64,000 nucleotides of DNA from Candidatus Mediterraneibacter pullicola (GTDB lineage: Bacteria; Bacillota; Clostridia; Lachnospirales; Lachnospiraceae): positions 124,671 through 188,670 of the forward strand of contig DXAK01000043.1 in NCBI GenBank assembly GCA_019117065.1, read 5' to 3'. A model generated the notes under the pieces. It was not told the origin of the DNA. It did no database searches and worked only from the letters and a program-made list of their open reading frames with translations. This document shows positions 9,616 to 19,134 of the stretch, in pieces (positions within the stretch are counted from its first letter, which is position 1; every line of letters begins with the position of its first letter). The translations under genes were made by a program, and so were the position numbers.

Positions 9616-11160
9616 ATGTCAGATAACGATTTTATCATAATAGACGAAGAAAAAGTAAAGGAAGAGACGGAGAGAAAAGTTGTTTCCGGCGAGGAAAGCG
9701 GCGTTACGGGGCGTGAAGATGACGTCTCGGGAGGTTCTGTATCCGGAGATTCCGATAAGCAGGAAGTAGCAGAGACTGCTCTGCCGTCGGATGGAGACGG
9801 TGATGATGATAAAGAGGAAAGATATGAGAAGATCTGCTATATTTGTCACCGCCCGGAAAGCGTGACGGGAAAGATGATAGAGCTTCCGAACAATATCACG
9901 GTATGCCCTGACTGTATGCAGAGAAGTTTCGACGCCATGACCAACGGCTCGGTAGATTTAAACCGTCTCATGAATATGCCGGGCGTTCAGTTCCTTAACC
10001 TGTCGGATCTGGAAAATATGCAGCCCAAGCCGCAGAAGATCAAGAGGAAAAAGGAAAAGCCAAAGGAGTTCCGTCAGCTTGATATCAGGAAGATTCCGGC
10101 TCCGCATAAGATTAAGGCAAGGCTTGACGAGTATGTGGTGGGGCAGGAATACGCGAAGAAAGCTATGTCCGTGGCTGTGTATAATCATTATAAGAGAGTG
10201 GCGGCAGGAACGTCGGACGATATTGAGATCGAAAAGTCTAATATGCTTATGATTGGGCCGACGGGAAGCGGAAAGACGTATCTTGTAAAAACGCTGGCTC
10301 GGCTTTTGGATGTGCCGCTGGCAATCACGGACGCTACTTCCCTGACAGAAGCAGGATACATAGGCGACGACATTGAGAGCGTTGTGTCCAAACTGCTTGC
10401 GGCAGCGGACAATGACGTGGAGAAAGCGGAGCAGGGAATTATTTTCATCGATGAGATCGATAAGATTGCAAAAAAGCACAATTCCAACCAGAGGGATGTG
10501 AGTGGCGAATCTGTACAGCAAGGGATGCTAAAACTGCTGGAGGGAAGCGATGTGGAGGTCCCGGTCGGGGCGAACAGCAAGAACGCAATGGTTCCCCTTA
10601 CTACAGTGAATACGAAGAATATTCTGTTCATATGCGCGGGTGCTTTCCCAGATCTTGAGGAGATTATCAAGGAGAGGCTTCAGAAGAAGACATCCATGGG
10701 ATTTAATTCTGAACTGAAGGATAAGTATGAACATGACAAGGATATTCTGTCCAAAGTGACTGTGGAGGATCTGAGGAAATTCGGTATGATCCCAGAATTC
10801 TTAGGACGCCTTCCGGTCATCTTCACCCTGAAAGGGCTGGATAAGGATATGCTGGTACAGATATTAAAAGAACCGAAGAATGCGATCTTAAAACAGTATC
10901 AGAAGCTGTTGGCGCTAGATGAGGTGAAGCTGGACTTTAACGACGGCGCGCTGGAAGCAATTGCGGAGAAGGCGATGGAGAAGGATACAGGAGCCCGGGC
11001 GCTCAGAGCCATTATCGAGGAATTCATGCTGGATATCATGTACGAGATTCCAAAGGATGACAGCATCGGTGAAGTTATGATTACCCGGGAATACATCGAA
11101 GGGACAGGAGGGCCGGTGATCAGACTTCGGGGGCAGGAAGCCCTGCTGCCAGAAGGATGA
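9616..11160 (+). CDS. clpX: ClpX-type AAA+ unfoldase with long acidic N-terminal extension
   Basis: C4 zinc finger (CYICH...CPDC), Walker A GPTGSGKT, Walker B IIFIDEIDK and an MGF pore/ClpP-docking-like loop. It is 514 aa against about 420 aa for canonical ClpX. GGGAG RBS present. Confidence 0.88.
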   Translation: MSDNDFIIIDEEKVKEETERKVVSGEESGVTGREDDVSGGSVSGDSDKQEVAETALPSDGDGDDDKEERYEKICYICHRPESVTGKMIELPNNITVCPDCMQRSFDAMTNGSVDLNRLMNMPGVQFLNLSDLENMQPKPQKIKRKKEKPKEFRQLDIRKIPAPHKIKARLDEYVVGQEYAKKAMSVAVYNHYKRVAAGTSDDIEIEKSNMLMIGPTGSGKTYLVKTLARLLDVPLAITDATSLTEAGYIGDDIESVVSKLLAAADNDVEKAEQGIIFIDEIDKIAKKHNSNQRDVSGESVQQGMLKLLEGSDVEVPVGANSKNAMVPLTTVNTKNILFICAGAFPDLEEIIKERLQKKTSMGFNSELKDKYEHDKDILSKVTVEDLRKFGMIPEFLGRLPVIFTLKGLDKDMLVQILKEPKNAILKQYQKLLALDEVKLDFNDGALEAIAEKAMEKDTGARALRAIIEEFMLDIMYEIPKDDSIGEVMITREYIEGTGGPVIRLRGQEALLPEG

Positions 11161-11216
11161 AGCATAAGGAGAATTTGACGGCTGAATATAAGGGTAAGTA
11201 AAAACCGAGCGCACTC

Positions 11217-11245
11217 TTGATTTTTAAAGAATCCAGTATTATAAT
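11217..11245 (+). promoter_or_regulatory. Sigma-A type promoter for ilvE
   Basis: TTGATT - 17 nt - TATAAT. Confidence 0.5.
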
Positions 11246-11300
11246 GTCACCAGAAAGAATAGAAAGAGGTTGTATTGTCCAAAGGAATGGAGGGCTCACA

Positions 11301-12326
11301 ATGGAGAAAAAGAACATAGACTGGGAAAATATCGGATTTGGATATATGCAGACGGACAAACGGTATGTGGCGAACTACAAGGAAGGAAAGTGGGATGACG
11401 GCGCCCTTATAGACGATGCGAATATTACGATGAATGAATGTGCCGGGGTGCTCCAGTATGCACAGACTGTCTTTGAAGGAATGAAGGCATACACTACGGA
11501 GGACGGACGCATCGTGACTTTCCGCCCGGATCTCAACGCCGCCCGCATGGTGGATTCAGCAAAACGGCTGGAAATGCCGGTGTTTCCGGAGAGCCGTTTT
11601 ATAGATGCGGTGGTCCGGACTGTGAAGGCAAATGCCGCATATGTTCCGCCGTATGGCTCCGGGGCGACATTGTACATCAGACCGTATATGTTCGGGATCA
11701 ATCCGGTCATCGGCGTGAAGCCTGCTGATGAGTACCAGTTCCGTGTCTTCACGACTCCGGTAGGACCATATTTCAAAGGCGGCGCAAAGCCCATTACCAT
11801 CTGCGTATCTGATTTTGACCGGGCTGCACCCCATGGGACAGGGCATATCAAGGCAGGGCTCAACTACGCTATGAGCCTTCATGCTATCATGACAGCCCAT
11901 GCCAACGGATTTGACGAGAATATGTATCTGGATTCCGCTACAAGGACAAAGGTTGAAGAGACCGGCGGGGCGAACTTTATTTTCGTGACAAAGAACAACA
12001 AGATTGTTACTCCTCATTCCAGTACGATCCTTCCATCTATTACAAGAAGATCCATTATGTATGTGGCGGAGCATTACCTTGGGCTTGAGGTGGAGGAGAG
12101 GGATGTGTACCTTGACGAGGTGAAAGATTTTGCAGAGTGCGGGTTGTGCGGTACTGCGGCAGTGATCTCTCCGGTAGGCAAGGTGGTGGATCACGGGAAA
12201 GAGATCTGCTTCCCAAGCGGCATGGAAAAGATGGGACCGGTTACACAGAAGTTATACGATACTCTGACCGGCATCCAGATGGGGCAGATCCAAGCTCCGG
12301 AAGGCTGGATCAAAGTGATCGAGTAA
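11301..12326 (+). CDS. ilvE: Branched-chain amino acid aminotransferase (class IV)
   Basis: Start refined to ATG 11301 (GGAGGG RBS, 7-nt spacer). Product MEKKNIDWENIGFGYMQTDKRYV... is typical of long-form IlvE. Confidence 0.9.
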   Translation: MEKKNIDWENIGFGYMQTDKRYVANYKEGKWDDGALIDDANITMNECAGVLQYAQTVFEGMKAYTTEDGRIVTFRPDLNAARMVDSAKRLEMPVFPESRFIDAVVRTVKANAAYVPPYGSGATLYIRPYMFGINPVIGVKPADEYQFRVFTTPVGPYFKGGAKPITICVSDFDRAAPHGTGHIKAGLNYAMSLHAIMTAHANGFDENMYLDSATRTKVEETGGANFIFVTKNNKIVTPHSSTILPSITRRSIMYVAEHYLGLEVEERDVYLDEVKDFAECGLCGTAAVISPVGKVVDHGKEICFPSGMEKMGPVTQKLYDTLTGIQMGQIQAPEGWIKVIE

Positions 12327-12355
12327 AAGAAAAGAATGCTTTACAGGAATACAAA

Positions 12356-12416
12356 ATAAAAGAGGATATCTGTGATCTGCACTTTGGGGGCAAATAACAG
12401 ATATCCTCTTTTTCTG
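12356..12416. terminator. Bidirectional intrinsic terminator between ilvE and mgtE
   Basis: AAGAGGATATCTGT ... ACAGATATCCTCTT (14-bp perfect stem), flanked by an A-run and a T-run. Confidence 0.8.
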
Positions 12417-12440
12417 GACTTCACAGGCTTTTTTCAGACT

Positions 12441-13772
12441 TTACAAATTGAACAGCATAGTTGCGATATTAAAATAGATCAATATGGAACATGTGTCTAC
12501 AAGCGTAGTGATTAGCGGTGACGCCATGATTGCGGGGTCCAGATGTACCTTTTTAGCAAAGAGCGGCAGAACGCAACCGATCAGCTTTGAGATAATGACA
12601 GTCCCAATCAGCGAAAGTCCGATCACCAGAGCAAGCGCCATATCTTTGTACATGATCAGAATGCGGATGCCGTTGGTCAGCGCCAGTACCACACTTACGA
12701 TTAGAGACACACGGAACTCTTTGAAGATGACCCGGAAGATATCTTTAAACCGGATTTCTCCAAGAGCAATCCCCCGGATGATCAGTGTGGCGCTCTGGGA
12801 GCCGCAGTTTCCGCCCGTGTCCATGAGCATAGGGATAAAGGATACAAGCAGCGGGATCGCTGCAAAAGCGTCCTCATATTTGGTAATAATGGTTCCTGTG
12901 ATCGTGGCGGAAAACATAAGGATCAGAAGCCAGACAATGCGGTGTCTTGCATGGTCAAACACAGACATGTCAAAATAGTTTTTTTCACTGGGGCTCATTG
13001 CCGCCATTTTGGTGATGTCTTCGGTTGCCTCGTCCACCATAACGTCCATTGCGTCATCGACAGTGACAATACCCACCATCAGCCCGTCATGGTCGAGAAC
13101 AGGGAGAGCGAGGAGGTCGTATTTTGTAAAGAGCTGAACCACTTCCTCCTGATCAGTGTGCGTGTTTACAGAGATGATTTCTGTCTCCATCAAATCTTTG
13201 ATCAGCATATCGTCATCTGACGTCATCAAGTCTTTGGCGCTGACAATGCCCGCCAGTTTTCTTCTGTTTGTTACATAACAGGTGTAGATAGTCTCTTTGT
13301 GGATACCCGTCTCTTTAATATGCGCCATGGCCTGAGCAGCGGTCATGGTTTCCCGGATGTCCACATATTCTGTTGTCATGATGCTCCCGGCGCTGTCATC
13401 AGGATAGTTCAGAAGCTGGTTGATCAGCTTGCGATCCGACGCGCTGACCGCATCAAGGATACGGTTCACGAGATTGGCGGGAAGTTCTTCTAGAAGATCC
13501 ACTGTATCGTCCATGTACAGATCGTCCAGAAGTTCTTTCAACTCTTTTTCTGAAAAAATTTCTACAAGGTATGTCTGCATGGAAGTCTCCATATTGGAAA
13601 ATACTTCCGCTGCCTTATCCTTGGGGATGAGGCGAAAAGCCAGAGCGAGCTCACGGTCATCCAGCTCCGAGAGCAGGGAGGCTATGTCCACTTCGTTCAT
13701 TGCATCCAAAATACTTCTCACAGCCTTGAACTGACGCTGCTGGAGAAGCCTTACGAAAATATCTTTGTTCAT
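12441..13772 (-). CDS. mgtE: Magnesium transporter MgtE
   Basis: MgtE N-domain, tandem CBS domains and a C-terminal 5-TM channel domain. AGAGAGG RBS 8 nt upstream. Confidence 0.95.
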   Translation of the reverse strand: MNKDIFVRLLQQRQFKAVRSILDAMNEVDIASLLSELDDRELALAFRLIPKDKAAEVFSNMETSMQTYLVEIFSEKELKELLDDLYMDDTVDLLEELPANLVNRILDAVSASDRKLINQLLNYPDDSAGSIMTTEYVDIRETMTAAQAMAHIKETGIHKETIYTCYVTNRRKLAGIVSAKDLMTSDDDMLIKDLMETEIISVNTHTDQEEVVQLFTKYDLLALPVLDHDGLMVGIVTVDDAMDVMVDEATEDITKMAAMSPSEKNYFDMSVFDHARHRIVWLLILMFSATITGTIITKYEDAFAAIPLLVSFIPMLMDTGGNCGSQSATLIIRGIALGEIRFKDIFRVIFKEFRVSLIVSVVLALTNGIRILIMYKDMALALVIGLSLIGTVIISKLIGCVLPLFAKKVHLDPAIMASPLITTLVDTCSILIYFNIATMLFNL

Positions 13773-13883
13773 GATAACTACCTCTCTTTATATGATTTTC
13801 AATTCTTAAGCTGCACAAGTGACAACTGGCACCAGAGTCCATAACCTCACCTCCTTTTACACTGCAGGGATGGTCTTAAGAGA

Positions 13884-13920
13884 CGAAAAAAACTCCGTCA
13901 CTGCCTGAACAATGACGGAG
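13884..13920 (-). terminator. Intrinsic terminator of the M-box expression platform
   Basis: Minus strand reads CTCCGTCATTGTTCAGGCAGTGACGGAG followed by TTTTTTT. Confidence 0.8.
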
Positions 13921-13959
13921 CTACAGTACACTCTCATATAAACCATGCCCAATGAGGAA

Positions 13960-14115
13960 CATGCATCGTTCAAGCTTTAGCATCACAGGGCATATCAATT
14001 GCATTAGGCTGCGCCTTCACGACACGGCCTGCTGACCAACTCATCGTGTCTCCACGATCTTGCGGCAGCAATCTTCGGGTTATACCCAATCCCTGTGGTA
14101 ACCTCACCTACCGAA
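13960..14115 (-). promoter_or_regulatory. M-box (ykoK leader) Mg2+ riboswitch aptamer
   Basis: The minus strand contains GTAGGTGAGGTTACC, TTGCTGCCGC, GACACGATGAGTTGGTCAGCAG and CTGTGATGCTAAAGCTTGAACGA. These match the conserved blocks of the B. subtilis mgtE M-box as I recall them. It is located upstream of mgtE. Confidence 0.85.
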
Positions 14116-14200
14116 ATGATGTATTTTATTTTTACATAGGTTCATTCTAGTATCTGGACATCATTCTGTCAAGAAAAACTTTGATGATTGTCTGTGCGGT

Positions 14201-14827
14201 TTAGGAGGATTGACCGAAATCCTCCAGATCCTTTTCGAGACAGGAAACAGCCTCCTCTAGATCTTCTCTTTTCAGAGCAGCGATGATCTGCTCATGGTAT
14301 TTCATATCCTCAGGAAGCGAGTAGTGATTCCATTTATTCCAGTGGAGCTGCGCATAGGCTCTCCAGAGTCTGGACATACAGCTGTTCAGCTGTGCGGTGA
14401 CATACTCGTTTTCTGTAATAGAGGCCAGGGTAAGATGGAAATTTACGTTATACACCCAGTGTTCCATGACGTCCTCTGTAGCCTTGCTGCATAAAACTGC
14501 CAGTTCCTCCAGTTTTTTTAGATGCTTGTCCGTAATGTGCGGCATGTTGATCCTCATCATACCGGTCTCAAGGATCCGGCGGTATTCCATCATCTGCTCC
14601 ACATCCTCCGTGGTCATAGCAATGACCTGATAACCACATCTGGGGATATTGTGGAGGACACCCTCATGGCAGAGGGCGGTCAGAGCTTCTCTGACAGGGG
14701 ATTTGCTGAATCCGAATTTTTTGATCAGGCCGCTCTCCGTGATGATCTCATTTGGACGGAACTCAGAAGAATAAATGCTCTCCAATATAGAATCATATAC
14801 GATCTCTTTCAGGTTTTTTCTTCCCAT
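14201..14827 (-). CDS. GntR-family transcriptional regulator (FadR/FCD subfamily)
   Basis: N-terminal winged HTH (ESGLIKKFGFSKSPVREAL) and an all-helical C-terminal FCD-like domain. Confidence 0.88.
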   Translation of the reverse strand: MGRKNLKEIVYDSILESIYSSEFRPNEIITESGLIKKFGFSKSPVREALTALCHEGVLHNIPRCGYQVIAMTTEDVEQMMEYRRILETGMMRINMPHITDKHLKKLEELAVLCSKATEDVMEHWVYNVNFHLTLASITENEYVTAQLNSCMSRLWRAYAQLHWNKWNHYSLPEDMKYHEQIIAALKREDLEEAVSCLEKDLEDFGQSS

Positions 14828-14968
14828 TTCACAATCTCCGTACGCATCTATACACTATACGGTTCCTCCTTCATACTGTAATCATACTAAAAGCCCGAAA
14901 AGAAGTAAATAGAGAAATTTGGTAAATATGTCAAAAATACAGCGCTAATTTTGTTGTAATAGTGCTAA

Positions 14969-15011
14969 TTGACAGATTAGAACATCGCTGGTATTATTTG
15001 TAATAATATCA
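14969..15011 (+). promoter_or_regulatory. Promoter with overlapping palindromic operator candidate
   Basis: TTGACA (14969-14974) - 17 nt - TATTAT (14992-14997). The near-perfect palindrome TGGTATTATT-TGT-AATAATATCA (14989-15011) overlaps the -10. It lies in the divergent region next to the GntR gene. Confidence 0.5.
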
Positions 15012-15057
15012 GTGATAATATTTATTATACTGCAATACATATGAGAAGGAGAAGGAG

Positions 15058-16329
15058 ATGGACAGCAAGTTATATCAAGATTACCTGCATATCTTGAAAA
15101 AGGAACTCGTCCCTGCGCTGGGTTGCACGGAACCGATTGCTCTTGCCTACGCTGCTGCAAAATGCAGGGAAACACTGGGAGTATTCCCGGAAAAGGTGGA
15201 AGCATTGTGCAGCGGGAACATCATTAAAAATGTCAAGGGAGTGACTGTACCGAACTCAGGCGGTTTGAAAGGGATCGAGGCGGCAGTGATCCTTGGGATC
15301 ATAGGAGGAGACGCGGAAAAAGATCTGGAAGTCCTCCAGAATATTACGGATGAGGACAGGGCGCGCACAAAGGAACTGATCGAAAACGGATTCTGTACCT
15401 GTTCGCTGAAAGAGGGGGTTGCGAACCTGTTTATAGAAGTCAGGGCGGAAGGCGGCGGCAATCAGGCTTCTGTCCGTCTGGAACACGAGCACACGAACAT
15501 TACACATATCGTACGCAACGGAAAGGTGATCTTCGAGGATACCCACACATATGAAGATAACCAAGCGGACAAGTCCTCGCTGAATATAAGGGATATTGTC
15601 ACCTTTGCAGATGAGGTGTGCATTGATGATGTCAAGGACATACTGAGCCGTCAGATACAGTGCAATTATGCGATTTCTGAAGAGGGACTGAAAAAGCCGT
15701 GGGGCGCTGGCATCGGGCATTTTGCAAAGGAACAGGGAGAGGATGTGCGCTGGAAGGCAATCGCCCGGGCAGCGGCAGGCTCTGACGCGAGAATGAGCGG
15801 ATGCCCCCTTCCGGTGATCATCAATTCGGGTTCTGGCAACCAGGGGATGACCTGTTCTCTCCCGGTCATCGAATACGCTTATGTGACAGGAAAATCAGAA
15901 GAGCAGCTATACCGGGCATTGTGTGTTTCCAACCTGATCGCCCAGGACCAGAAGCGGTATATTGGCGCTCTGTCCGCGTACTGCGGGGTTGTGTGCGCCG
16001 CGGCAGCTTCAGGCGCTGCCATTACTTATCTGGCAGGCGGAACCATGGAACAGATTGAGAATACGGTTGTGAATACTATCGCCAATATTGGGGGAATGGT
16101 GTGTGACGGAGCAAAGCCAAGCTGTGCGTCCAAGATCTATTCTGCCCTACAGGCAGCCTTTCTCGGCCATGACATGGCAATGAAAGGAATCCGCTTTGAG
16201 GCGGGAGACGGTCTGGTCATGGAGTCGGCGGAAGATACAGTGAAAGCGGTAGGACATGTGGGAAGAGAGGGGATGAGACAGACGGATATTGAAATATTAA
16301 ATCTCATGATAGGGAAAACAAGAGTATAA
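15058..16329 (+). CDS. UPF0597 / L-cysteine desulfidase-like protein (serine dehydratase alpha-like fold)
   Basis: N-terminal LVPALGCTEPIALAYAAA signature of the YhaM/CdsB-like family. 423 aa. Confidence 0.8.
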   Translation: MDSKLYQDYLHILKKELVPALGCTEPIALAYAAAKCRETLGVFPEKVEALCSGNIIKNVKGVTVPNSGGLKGIEAAVILGIIGGDAEKDLEVLQNITDEDRARTKELIENGFCTCSLKEGVANLFIEVRAEGGGNQASVRLEHEHTNITHIVRNGKVIFEDTHTYEDNQADKSSLNIRDIVTFADEVCIDDVKDILSRQIQCNYAISEEGLKKPWGAGIGHFAKEQGEDVRWKAIARAAAGSDARMSGCPLPVIINSGSGNQGMTCSLPVIEYAYVTGKSEEQLYRALCVSNLIAQDQKRYIGALSAYCGVVCAAAASGAAITYLAGGTMEQIENTVVNTIANIGGMVCDGAKPSCASKIYSALQAAFLGHDMAMKGIRFEAGDGLVMESAEDTVKAVGHVGREGMRQTDIEILNLMIGKTRV

Positions 16330-16355
16330 GGTTTATTTACAAAAAGGAGGGAAAA

Positions 16356-17099
16356 ATGAAGAAACCAAAGATCGGCATAGCCGCAAACGTTTTGATCATG
16401 GATTCCGGCATGATGCCGGGAATCTACCGGGCATATGTCAACAATGATTATGTGGAAAGTCTGGAGAAAGCAGGATGCGTCCCGGTGATGCTCCCGGTTC
16501 TGTCGGACCTTGAGGATGTGAAAGCCCAGGTGGAAGGGCTTGACGGCATTGTTCTGTCCGGCGGATGGGATATCGATCCTCTTCTGTACGGCGAGCAGCC
16601 CCTTTTACAGCAAGGATTTACAATGAGCGAGGTGGACCGCTTCTTTCTGGCTGTGATTCAGGCAGGCGATGAGCTTTCCATTCCCATTTTCGGTATCTGC
16701 AAAGGGATGCAGGCGATCAATGTCGCTTTTGGCGGCACACTCTGTCAGGACATCGGCTCTCAGATGAAGGCCTGTCTTCAGCATATGCAGCAGGCGCCAA
16801 GGTATAACGCAACCCATAAGATCAGCGTGGAGAAAGGGTCTTTTTTGGAAGGCGTACTGGGGAAAGAGGCGATGGTAAACTCCTTCCATCATCAGAGCGT
16901 AAAGGCAGTGGCTTCGGGATTTTCCATCACTGCCAGTGCGGATGACGGGGTGATCGAGGGCATCGAACGTGCCAGCGGCAGTTTTATCTGCGGAGTCCAA
17001 TGGCATCCAGAGATGATGGCGAAATATGACAACAAGATAATGATTCAGTTGTTTCAGGCATTTGCTGACAAATGCAGACAACAGGAGGAAAACAAATGA
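16356..17099 (+). CDS. Gamma-glutamyl-GABA hydrolase-like class I amidotransferase (peptidase C26, PuuD-like)
   Basis: Nucleophile elbow GICKGMQ and VQWHPE His motif. Confidence 0.85.
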   Translation: MKKPKIGIAANVLIMDSGMMPGIYRAYVNNDYVESLEKAGCVPVMLPVLSDLEDVKAQVEGLDGIVLSGGWDIDPLLYGEQPLLQQGFTMSEVDRFFLAVIQAGDELSIPIFGICKGMQAINVAFGGTLCQDIGSQMKACLQHMQQAPRYNATHKISVEKGSFLEGVLGKEAMVNSFHHQSVKAVASGFSITASADDGVIEGIERASGSFICGVQWHPEMMAKYDNKIMIQLFQAFADKCRQQEENK

Positions 17100-18394
17100 A
17101 AAATAAAAAGAAATTTGGTCTTATCAGTATTATCCTGCTCGGTATGAACGCGATCATCGGTTCGGGAATCTTTCTCCTGCCGGGGCAGGCATATGATCTT
17201 GTGGGAACAAGCAGTCTGTTTGTGTTCTTGTTCATTACACTTCTGGCAGGTTCGCTGGCCCTCTGTTTTGCGGAGGCTGCCGGCCTGTTCAAATCAAACG
17301 GAGCAGCTTACATTTATGCAAAGGAAGCCTTTGGTAACTTTGCAGGCTTTGAAGTCGGTTTTATGAAATATGTGGTACAGCTCATCTCATGGGCAACCAT
17401 GGCGGTAGGGTTTGTGACTGCGCTGGCAGCGATTTTCCCGGAGGCTTCGGAGGGGCCTGTGCGAAACGCTATCGTTGTGGGTCTGATCGTTGTTCTGAGT
17501 CTGGTTAATTATATCGGCATTGACGTTGCGAAATATGTAAACAATGTGGCGACTGTGGGCAAGCTGGCTCCCATCATCATTTTCATCGCGGCAGGCATCT
17601 TCTTTATCAAAGGAAGCAATTTCCAGCCTATTGTCCCTGAGAGCCTGTCCGTTGCCACGTTTGCCGAGGCGGCGATACTTATCTTCTATGCTTTTACAGG
17701 GTTTGAGGCGATCGCCGGGGCTTCAGAAGAAATGGACAATCCGAAGAAAAACCTTCCCATTGCCATCGCAGTTGCAATCGGATGCGTCTCCTTGATCTAT
17801 ATCCTGCTCCAGTTTGTGAGCATCGGGATTCTTGGAAGTGGTCTTTCCGGGACAGAGACGCCGGTAGTGGATGCAATGTCCACATTTATGGGAAGCGCCG
17901 GAGGTACGCTTGTAACAGTGGGAACACTGATTTCCATCGGAGGCATCAACGCGGCGAATTCAATCTTCGTGCCCCGCGGATGTCTGGCGCTGGGGGAAAG
18001 AGGGATGCTTCCGCCAATCGTTAAGAAAATGAGCAAGCGGGGAACTCCCGTTGTGGCGATCGTGATCTCAGCGGTTCTGGTGATCCCGCTGGCTCTTTCA
18101 GGGACCTTCACTCAGCTTGCTGCGATCAGCGTGATCTCCAGATTTACGCAGTACATCCCCACATGCCTGTCTATTATTGTATTCAGGCGCAGAGGAATGG
18201 AGTCCACGTTTAAAGTGCCCTTTGGGTATACGATTCCGATCATAGCCATCTTGGTAAGTATTTGGCTTCTTTACAATTCCGATCCTATCAGACTGGTGAT
18301 TGGACTGGGAGCGCTGGTGATCATCGTACCGATTTACTTTATCATCAAAAAATATAACGAAAAGCATGGTTATGAATTTACTGATGCAGAGTAA
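17096..18394 (+). CDS. APC-family amino acid permease
   Basis: ATG 17096 has a CAGGAGG RBS and an ATGA overlap with the upstream stop. 12-TM APC pattern (GSGIFLLPG). Confidence 0.88.
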   Translation: MKNKKKFGLISIILLGMNAIIGSGIFLLPGQAYDLVGTSSLFVFLFITLLAGSLALCFAEAAGLFKSNGAAYIYAKEAFGNFAGFEVGFMKYVVQLISWATMAVGFVTALAAIFPEASEGPVRNAIVVGLIVVLSLVNYIGIDVAKYVNNVATVGKLAPIIIFIAAGIFFIKGSNFQPIVPESLSVATFAEAAILIFYAFTGFEAIAGASEEMDNPKKNLPIAIAVAIGCVSLIYILLQFVSIGILGSGLSGTETPVVDAMSTFMGSAGGTLVTVGTLISIGGINAANSIFVPRGCLALGERGMLPPIVKKMSKRGTPVVAIVISAVLVIPLALSGTFTQLAAISVISRFTQYIPTCLSIIVFRRRGMESTFKVPFGYTIPIIAILVSIWLLYNSDPIRLVIGLGALVIIVPIYFIIKKYNEKHGYEFTDAE

Positions 18395-18454
18395 TGACTT
18401 TCCTAGGATTTTTATGATAGAATAGATGTAACTGGCAGGAGGAGATCATGAAGT

Positions 18455-19108
18455 ATGGGGTTACAGGAAAGTATCATTTTTACTCTTGAAATAGTTGGGA
18501 CCATCGCCTTTGCGGCTTCAGGGGCGATGGTCGGCGTCCGGAAATCAATGGATATTTTTGGCGTGTGTGTGTTAGGCGTGCTGACAGCAGTCGGGGGCGG
18601 GATGACAAGAGACATTATAGTGGGCGTCATCCCGCCCGCTGTATTTCAGCGTCCGGTCTATGTAGCTGTGGCTGCTGTCACATCATGCCTGTTTTTTGCA
18701 GGGATGTATTTTGGAAAGATTTCCGCACAGGAGAAGTCGCACGGCATCTATGAAAAGATCATGCTGGCAATGGATACTGCCGGGCTGGGGATTTTTACCG
18801 TGGTGGGAGTGAGCACCGGTATCCGGCAGGGATATGGGGATAATCTCTTTCTCCTCGTATTCTTGGGGACCATCACAGGAGTGGGCGGCGGACTGATGCG
18901 GGATATCATGGCAGGTGTTCCGCCGTACATTTTTGTCCGTCATATCTACGCCTGCGCGTCGATTGCAGGGGCAGTGGCCTGCGCGTTTTTAAGCCAGAAG
19001 ACAGACCTTGTAACAGCAATGGCAGCGGGTATGGCTGTGGTTATAGTGATGCGTGTTCTCGCGGCATATTACCGGTGGAATCTGCCAAGATTAAAAGAGA
19101 AGGAGTAA
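18455..19108 (+). CDS. UPF0126 / TRIC-like cation channel family membrane protein
   Basis: Two internal repeats, each with the GGG(M/L)(T/M)RD(I)(I/M) motif (GGGMTRDIIVG and GGGLMRDIMAG). 7 TM helices. Confidence 0.8.
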   Translation: MGLQESIIFTLEIVGTIAFAASGAMVGVRKSMDIFGVCVLGVLTAVGGGMTRDIIVGVIPPAVFQRPVYVAVAAVTSCLFFAGMYFGKISAQEKSHGIYEKIMLAMDTAGLGIFTVVGVSTGIRQGYGDNLFLLVFLGTITGVGGGLMRDIMAGVPPYIFVRHIYACASIAGAVACAFLSQKTDLVTAMAAGMAVVIVMRVLAAYYRWNLPRLKEKE

Positions 19109-19134
19109 AGTACGACATTTTACCCGGGAAAAAC

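Noticed and set aside
13845-13856. A second (tandem) M-box aptamer suggested by a second GGTGAGGTTA
   Set aside because: Only the 11-mer is duplicated. None of the other conserved M-box blocks follow it. It is treated as an SD-like element in the uORF finding.
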